From: an uncultured Ruminococcus sp.
GTDB lineage: Bacteria > Bacillota > Clostridia > Oscillospirales > Ruminococcaceae
Length of the DNA: 54,131 nucleotides
NCBI GenBank assembly: GCA_949283135.1
Contig: CASDRM010000054.1
Span: forward strand, 1 to 54,131
Direction: 5' to 3'
Below are positions 50,777 to 54,131 of the stretch, one piece after another. How positions within the stretch are numbered: position 1 is the first letter of the stretch; every line of letters begins with the position of its first letter. Made by a program: the position numbers and the translations under genes. The notes beneath the pieces were generated by a model. The model did not search any database, was not told the origin of the DNA, and was given only the letters and a program-made list of their open reading frames with translations.

Positions 50777-53700
50777 TTAACTTAGCACGGCGTTTTTATT
50801 CTCTGTAAGCACTATTTGGTTCACCACAAAGCCGTCCTCACGCGGAACTATTGTCAGGGTATGCTCCCCGGCTGTAAGCTCGATGCCTACCGATGCCGTC
50901 TTCCAAAGATTTTTGCCGGACATGTCTCCGTCATTATGAGTGTAGCAGTACTCGCCGTCGACCATGATATGGTACGAGTCGGCATTGTCGTTCGGAGCGC
51001 TCATATTTACATACACATAATATGTTCCAGCGGACTCTATCTGTACAAGATAGTTCAGCGCAGGCGCACCCGTAAGGTTTTCGGCGGTATTTTCCCACTT
51101 TCTTCCCGTATCAGGCTGTATCGAGAGACCAGCCTGATCAGACGAAAGTACCCACTCATCGTCTCCCTGCGTCTGCATCCATGCGAACGCAGAGTTGTCA
51201 AGAGCGTCCTTAGCGTATATCTCCACCATTCCGTTCAGTTCTGAGTAAATCTGGCTCTGAGACGGATCGTAAACCATAACGGCTATACTCCGGTTAACCT
51301 CGGTGCAACCATCTGCCCTGAATGTAAGCGAAACCGTGCCCCTTCCGGTCTTACCTGACGATTTTGCAGTCAAGCCTCCATCCTCATTGACGGTTATCTG
51401 TATGAGCTCTTTGTCACTCGCCTCAGCGAAAACCTCTACCAGCGAACCGTTTGCGGCGTATACGTCAAGCTCATATTCCTCAGACGCGTTTATTCTCATT
51501 CTCAAATCAGGGAGCTGGGCGACAACTATTTCGTCGTTCGGAGCATATTCCCCAAGCTCCTCCGGCAGGCTGCCTATTTTAACCGCACTCACATGCGCTA
51601 TGTTATTCGGGCTTTCCTGTGGACCGAGCACCGAGGTCTTGAGCACCGCCGACTCGGTCTCTATAACCATTCTGTCCCATACGAACGAAGCGTCCGACAT
51701 ATAGACCACTATATCGTTCCATCCCTCATTGACCTCGATGTAGCAGCTGACCTTCTGGTGCATGTCAAGTACGGTCTGCCAGTCACCTGCGCGCTGACCG
51801 ACAAGCACCTGAGGCTCTTCCTTATCCACTCCGACAGCGATGTTCATCGTCCTCTCCGCTCCGGTCTCGTCGCTGCCTTCGTTTAGGACGGGCATTCTTT
51901 CAAGCGTGAGTTTGTATTTTCCCGCATTTTCAAAGTACACACTGTAAACAAGCCTTGCGGTGTTCTTCCAGTCTTCGGTCTTCACCGCAGTGTCCGGCAT
52001 AGCCTTTACGCTGTCACCATGGCGTCCGCCGTTGGCGATAACAAGCCAAGTTCTTCCGTCGTCTCCCTCCATCAGCTCGGTATAGTGCTCAGCCTCTATC
52101 GCCACATAGCCGTTTGCCTCGATGTAACCGGTGTGCTTCCCGAATTCTACCTTTGAGTTTACCGCCTTGACAATAAACTTTGCCACGGATTCTCCTGTCT
52201 TTCTTCCGCTTTCATCAGCGTTATACACATATATCGTGCCCTCAGCCTCACCGCTTACCTTATCCCAGTTCGCGCTTACAACGACCCTTTCCTCAGTCCT
52301 TGTCGAGCCGGAGGTCTTGGAAAGGACTATCCAGTCAGCGTCGGTTTCTGCCACCCACGCCTTCTCAACGCTGGACATGCTGAAAACGTCGAAGTAGCTG
52401 GCGTCGTCCGTCACAAGTGAGCTCAATCTCATGGTTCCCGAGCCCGCCCTTGTGTAGTTCTCACATGACGCTCCTACGCTGTCCTTGGGCGTGCTGACAT
52501 AGGAATAGGTCTCCCCACTGTCGCCCACAAGCGTTTTAGTCTTTCCGGGGTGAGCGTAGTCCATAAAAGCAGTCCACTTGTCGTCGTTCATTGAATTAAA
52601 CTCCGAAAGTCTGTCCTTTGTTCTCTGGACGGCTTCCATGGAAAGTTCTGCATATACATTGGCGCTTCCAAGCCTGCCTTGCTCAGCGGCAAGCTGGTTC
52701 TTAGCGTAGTATACAAACTGCTCCGCGATGTCCTGATATGAAAGCACATTATAATAGAATTGCTCGTAGAACGGCAGCCTGTGCTCCTCGTCAAGCTTCT
52801 CGTATAGACCCTCCAGCGTATCTGTCAGCGCGTGTACTCTCTCCAGCCAAAGCATTCCCTCATCGCCGTTGGCGGTCACGCTGAAGGAAACTGGCACCGC
52901 ACCGTACTCACCGTCGGCATAGAATTCAGCCTTCTTGATATTTCCGTTGAGCACATAGAACTCGCACATCGCTTCGGACATTACGGCGGCGTCCTCCTCG
53001 CTCATTCCGTAATCCCTCATCGCCTGCGCCTTGAGATATTCCCCGACAGACTCGCCGTCATACTCCTCAGGCGACCACGCCATGTTGAGAAAATACTCCA
53101 TACTCGGCTCGCTCGGCTTTATATCTCCGACATTGAGTATCCAGTAATCGTCCGCGCCGATGTTATACGCCCTTGACATCTGTTCCGTCATAACATACAG
53201 CGAAGTGGAATTGAGCCACAGATAACTTGACGGTACTCCCCAGTAGGAGATATGGTAGTAAACACCGGCTCCACCCTTCCTTTGAGCCTCCGCCTCAGTA
53301 AGATCCTGCCTTATGTAGTTTTCATTGTCCTCCGCCCACATCAGCATTATGTCGGTGTTATCGTCAAGATAATTTATCACTCCGTCACCGTTAAAATCCT
53401 CGGAGCCGTCCCAAAGCAGAAATTCGTCAAGTCCGGCATTGTAAACGTCGTTCATTTCCTTGTATGGAATAAATACCTGCGGTATTGAGGACACCATATC
53501 CTCACCGTAAATTTCCGCTATAAGCTTTCTCTGAGACTGGATGACCTCCTTCATGAAGCTGACCTTTTTCTCAGCGTCGGTAGCTCCATCGTACCTGTAA
53601 AGCTCCTCACAGTTAAACGCCTCATCATGCGGTCCTCTCACACCCAGCGTGAATATGCTTTCAAAATCACGGTTTGCCGTAAGCCTTTCACGCCAGTAAT

Positions 53701-54131
53701 CGAGCAGCATCTCGGAATTCAGTGTGAAGTCGTACGCCTTATAGGAATCGTTGGGGTACTTTATGTCTGAATACTCGGACTTGTGAGTGTTGAACCAGTC
53801 TCCCCACTCGCCTACGTTGTTTCTGAGCATTATCTCGCAGTGTGACGCCGCCATAATCACTCCGTACTTAGCTGCCTCTGCCGCGTTTATCGGTATACCA
53901 TCCTCATCGGTAACCTTATGGAAAGCGGTAGAGCAGCCGTGCATTGCCGGCCATAGCGTATTGGCGCGCATTCTCAGGATCAGCTCGAACACATGCCTGT
54001 AGTAATTTACATCGGGCGAGCCGTTTTCAGTCGGATACTTCAGCCTTGCCCAATCAGTAGACTTCTCCTCGTCGTTTATGAATATTACCCTGGATTTTAA
54101 CTCCGGACCGTCATTTACAATCGCGCGCTCG
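50777..54131 (-). CDS. GH115 family xylan alpha-glucuronidase, 5-prime end outside the window, with a long C-terminal extension
   Basis: The frame stays open past the ORF-track start to the window edge, reading ...RVIFINDEEKSTDWARLKYP...YYRHVFELILRMRANTLWPAMHG, which are GH115 hallmark blocks. About 500 aa follow the catalytic region. Confidence 0.85.
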   Translation of the reverse strand, partial: ERAIVNDGPELKSRVIFINDEEKSTDWARLKYPTENGSPDVNYYRHVFELILRMRANTLWPAMHGCSTAFHKVTDEDGIPINAAEAAKYGVIMAASHCEIMLRNNVGEWGDWFNTHKSEYSDIKYPNDSYKAYDFTLNSEMLLDYWRERLTANRDFESIFTLGVRGPHDEAFNCEELYRYDGATDAEKKVSFMKEVIQSQRKLIAEIYGEDMVSSIPQVFIPYKEMNDVYNAGLDEFLLWDGSEDFNGDGVINYLDDNTDIMLMWAEDNENYIRQDLTEAEAQRKGGAGVYYHISYWGVPSSYLWLNSTSLYVMTEQMSRAYNIGADDYWILNVGDIKPSEPSMEYFLNMAWSPEEYDGESVGEYLKAQAMRDYGMSEEDAAVMSEAMCEFYVLNGNIKKAEFYADGEYGAVPVSFSVTANGDEGMLWLERVHALTDTLEGLYEKLDEEHRLPFYEQFYYNVLSYQDIAEQFVYYAKNQLAAEQGRLGSANVYAELSMEAVQRTKDRLSEFNSMNDDKWTAFMDYAHPGKTKTLVGDSGETYSYVSTPKDSVGASCENYTRAGSGTMRLSSLVTDDASYFDVFSMSSVEKAWVAETDADWIVLSKTSGSTRTEERVVVSANWDKVSGEAEGTIYVYNADESGRKTGESVAKFIVKAVNSKVEFGKHTGYIEANGYVAIEAEHYTELMEGDDGRTWLVIANGGRHGDSVKAMPDTAVKTEDWKNTARLVYSVYFENAGKYKLTLERMPVLNEGSDETGAERTMNIAVGVDKEEPQVLVGQRAGDWQTVLDMHQKVSCYIEVNEGWNDIVVYMSDASFVWDRMVIETESAVLKTSVLGPQESPNNIAHVSAVKIGSLPEELGEYAPNDEIVVAQLPDLRMRINASEEYELDVYAANGSLVEVFAEASDKELIQITVNEDGGLTAKSSGKTGRGTVSLTFRADGCTEVNRSIAVMVYDPSQSQIYSELNGMVEIYAKDALDNSAFAWMQTQGDDEWVLSSDQAGLSIQPDTGRKWENTAENLTGAPALNYLVQIESAGTYYVYVNMSAPNDNADSYHIMVDGEYCYTHNDGDMSGKNLWKTASVGIELTAGEHTLTIVPREDGFVVNQIVLTENKNAVLS

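Noticed and set aside
53351-53398. A dockerin-like motif, DFNGDGVINYLD, inside the GH115 ORF.
   Set aside because: It occurs as a single copy embedded within the catalytic region. A dockerin is a duplicated ~22-residue pair at a terminus. This is more likely an EF-hand-type structural calcium loop, so it is not evidence for a cellulosomal enzyme.
1-54131. I searched for a mobile element, prophage, defence island or CRISPR array across the whole window.
   Set aside because: I saw no integrase, transposase, recombinase, phage structural gene, restriction-modification or nuclease/ATPase defence-like ORF, tRNA integration site, terminal inverted repeats or spacer-repeat periodicity. The long ORFs all resolve into housekeeping, CAZyme or stress and metal genes. 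A systematic tool run (DefenseFinder, PADLOC, ISEScan) would be needed to exclude small or novel systems.

Overview
A 54-kb chromosomal segment from what looks like a spore-forming, hemicellulose-degrading Firmicute, probably Clostridia (a guess from gene content). I saw no rRNA, tRNA, CRISPR array, integrase, transposase or phage gene. All family calls rest on motifs read by eye from the ORF track, because no BLAST or HMM search could be run. Content falls into four groups. Housekeeping: lgt behind an M16 peptidase pair, murI, trmB, a FtsW/RodA-family gene, spoIVB, a ferredoxin, an S11 DD-carboxypeptidase and an NlpC/P60 lipoprotein. Thiamine salvage: thiT-thiN behind a clear TPP riboswitch. 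Glycan degradation: an AraC regulator with a GH29-CBM and a GH43, a CE2-like esterase, a GH43-CBM6, and a GH115 truncated at the window edge. Stress and metal modules: a LysR cluster, a Zn/Cd-type P1B-ATPase with a separate HMA protein, and an ArsR operon. Nothing here is a compelling new system. The best candidates for poorly described biology, in order: (1) a monocistronic 2360-aa protein with cyclic beta-1,2-glucan synthase architecture; (2) a VTC-domain plus DUF4956 membrane pair; (3) the LysR-controlled cluster of DUF3737, a secreted cyclophilin-like lipoprotein, a CMD-cupin fusion and an Fe-ADH; (4) the operon linking the M16 pair to lgt.
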